From Epiperipatus broadwayi (Eukaryota > Animalia > Onychophora), in contig JAQFVV010000005.1 in assembly GCA_028023455.1 (NCBI GenBank), forward strand, positions 9,300,001 to 9,364,000: DNA of 64,000 nucleotides, in the 5' to 3' direction. The translations under genes were made by a program, and so were the position numbers. Positions 62,530-64,000 of this stretch are shown one piece after another; positions within the stretch are counted from its first letter, which is position 1; each line of letters starts with the position of its first letter. Under the pieces are notes generated by a model. The model searched no databases and had not been told where the DNA came from. It saw only the letters and a list, made by a program, of their open reading frames with translations.

Positions 62530-62920
62530 ATCTAAAAACAACAAAGTGTTTGTTACCATATTTTTGTGTAAACAACACCGACCGGACCGTTAATCGATAA
62601 TTTAAAAGCAAACCAACATCTAAAAACAAAGTGTTAGTTTCTTAAAAAAATGAACCCCAAAAAAAAATTAAAAAACCAAGTGAAAAAAAAATTGAGTTTA
62701 CCCTGTAAGTAATATTATGTAAAGAAACCTACGGCCAGTTAGTCATTAATTTAAAAACAATCTAAAAACAAAATATTTGTTTAAACCCCCCCCCCCCCGG
62801 TAGAATAAAAAAAAACCTTGGGTGGTTTACCATCGCCAACAAAAAAAAAAATTAAAAACCGGTTGAAAAAAAAAATCTTTTACCATATTATGTAAACAGA
62901 CAGACAGCCCATGAATCGGT
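62530..62920. repeat. Degenerate ~160-bp tandem repeat rich in homopolymer runs
   Basis: ATATT(A/T)TGT(G)TAAA motifs at ~62557, 62711 and 62884, and ATCTAAAAACAA three times. Confidence 0.45.
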
Positions 62921-63342
62921 ATATTGAAGTGAATTGGCCAAAAAAGAGTGCCATCAGACGATAGGGTTCAGTATTCGTACTATTACCGTTTTAAAATGTG
63001 ACCGATAAAAAAAGTCTTATTATCAACTATTTTTTAAAAAATGTTTCATTTCTTTATTTTAAAAACAAAAATCCCCTTTTTGGCAATATTCTTGTAAATG
63101 GGGAAATTTGCTTTGTTTTGAAAGGGGAAGTATCTTTTTGGTATTGATGTTTTGTTTGCATTTTGACAGGTTTTTTAAAAAAAAAAGTTCCTTGGTGTCG
63201 ATGTTAAAAAAACTTAATTTTGTTTAAATTTAATTTATTAATAATGCCAAAAATCAATAGATGATAAATTATACATTGGATGCATACTTTTGAATTTATG
63301 TTTCGTTAATTAAATCTGAATTATTTTTCTGTAGCTCATACA

Positions 63343-64000
63343 ATGTCAAATAAGCCACCTACAAAAAAGATGAGGAGCAATTTCTTTGGATACTAAAATT
63401 CAATCTGTAGATCATCTTGCAACTAGAGAAGGAGCGACATCTGTGGAAAGCATTTTGGTTTACACGAAGCTACTATAAGAATTATTAAAGGTAATGAAGC
63501 TATTCAAAAGTTGATATGTTTTGGAACAAAATTGAGTGTTAAATCATCATTTTACACAAAAGATATTGTTAAGAAAATGGAAAAAACCTTAGTAATGTGG
63601 ATAGAAGAAATGTCAGAAAAAAAGAGTACCAGTAGATGGAAATGCCATTAAGCAAACAGCACTAGAAATTTATAAATTAAAGAAACCGAGCCAGGCACTT
63701 CACCTGAGTTAAACAAGTAATGTAAATTTTCTTCAAATACAGGATGGATGACAAAGTTTCTTGAAATACTTGCATTTCACAGCATTAAAATAAAAAGTGA
63801 AATTTCATCTACAGATGAAACAGCTGCCAAAGAATTTTCCAAAAAATTAGCTAAAATTATCGAAAGTGGAGGATACTCTCCTGATCATGTTTTGAATATT
63901 GATGAAATTGGTCTTTTTTGGAAGAGAATGCCGAGTAGAACCTACATAACAAAATTGCAGAAAACTGTTGGTGGTTTCAAAATAGCAAAAAGTTGTATCA
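63343..64000 (+). mobile_element. Tigger/pogo transposase pseudogene (CENP-B-type HTH plus start of the DDE domain), truncated by the window edge
   Basis: MSNKPPTKK...HFGLHEATIRII...KMEKTLVMWIEEM...FSSNTGWMTKF...DETAAKEFSKKLAKIIESGGYSPDHVLNIDEIGLFWKRMPSRTYI, with frameshifts and stops. Confidence 0.93.

Overview
Very AT-rich, CpG-depleted eukaryotic DNA, most likely from an invertebrate animal (plausibly an arthropod; this is inference). It is dominated by repeats and decayed transposons. The only intact protein-coding ORF is a 449-aa C2H2 zinc-finger array (52110-53459, minus), with decayed fingers upstream. Other contents: a ~167-bp satellite (477-6173) interrupted by three insertions; RTE and L1/Tx1-like LINE relics; a truncated Gypsy gag-protease element cut by a Merlin-like DNA transposon; a complete but degenerate 8.2-kb Gypsy element with ~1.9-kb LTRs; MITE-like foldbacks; a Tigger/pogo transposase running off the right edge; and two candidate minus-strand exons at 46.6 and 48.4 kb. 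The most interesting signal is a set of features resembling Penelope-like elements (PLE) and retrozymes. It comprises two Penelope GIY-YIG fragments with hammerhead-bearing pseudo-LTRs, two further stand-alone minimal type I hammerhead motifs (one nearly intact, at 50374-50420), a ~440-nt dispersed tandem monomer whose consensus rebuilds a hammerhead, and two non-coding monomer families (334/341 nt and 363 nt). One insertion of each of those two families has tandem-plus-inverted structure and a long target-site duplication (13 and 17 bp). The 334/341-nt family shows at least four hairpins with compensatory substitutions but no canonical hammerhead. All alignments, translations and foldings were done by eye; no database searches were run.
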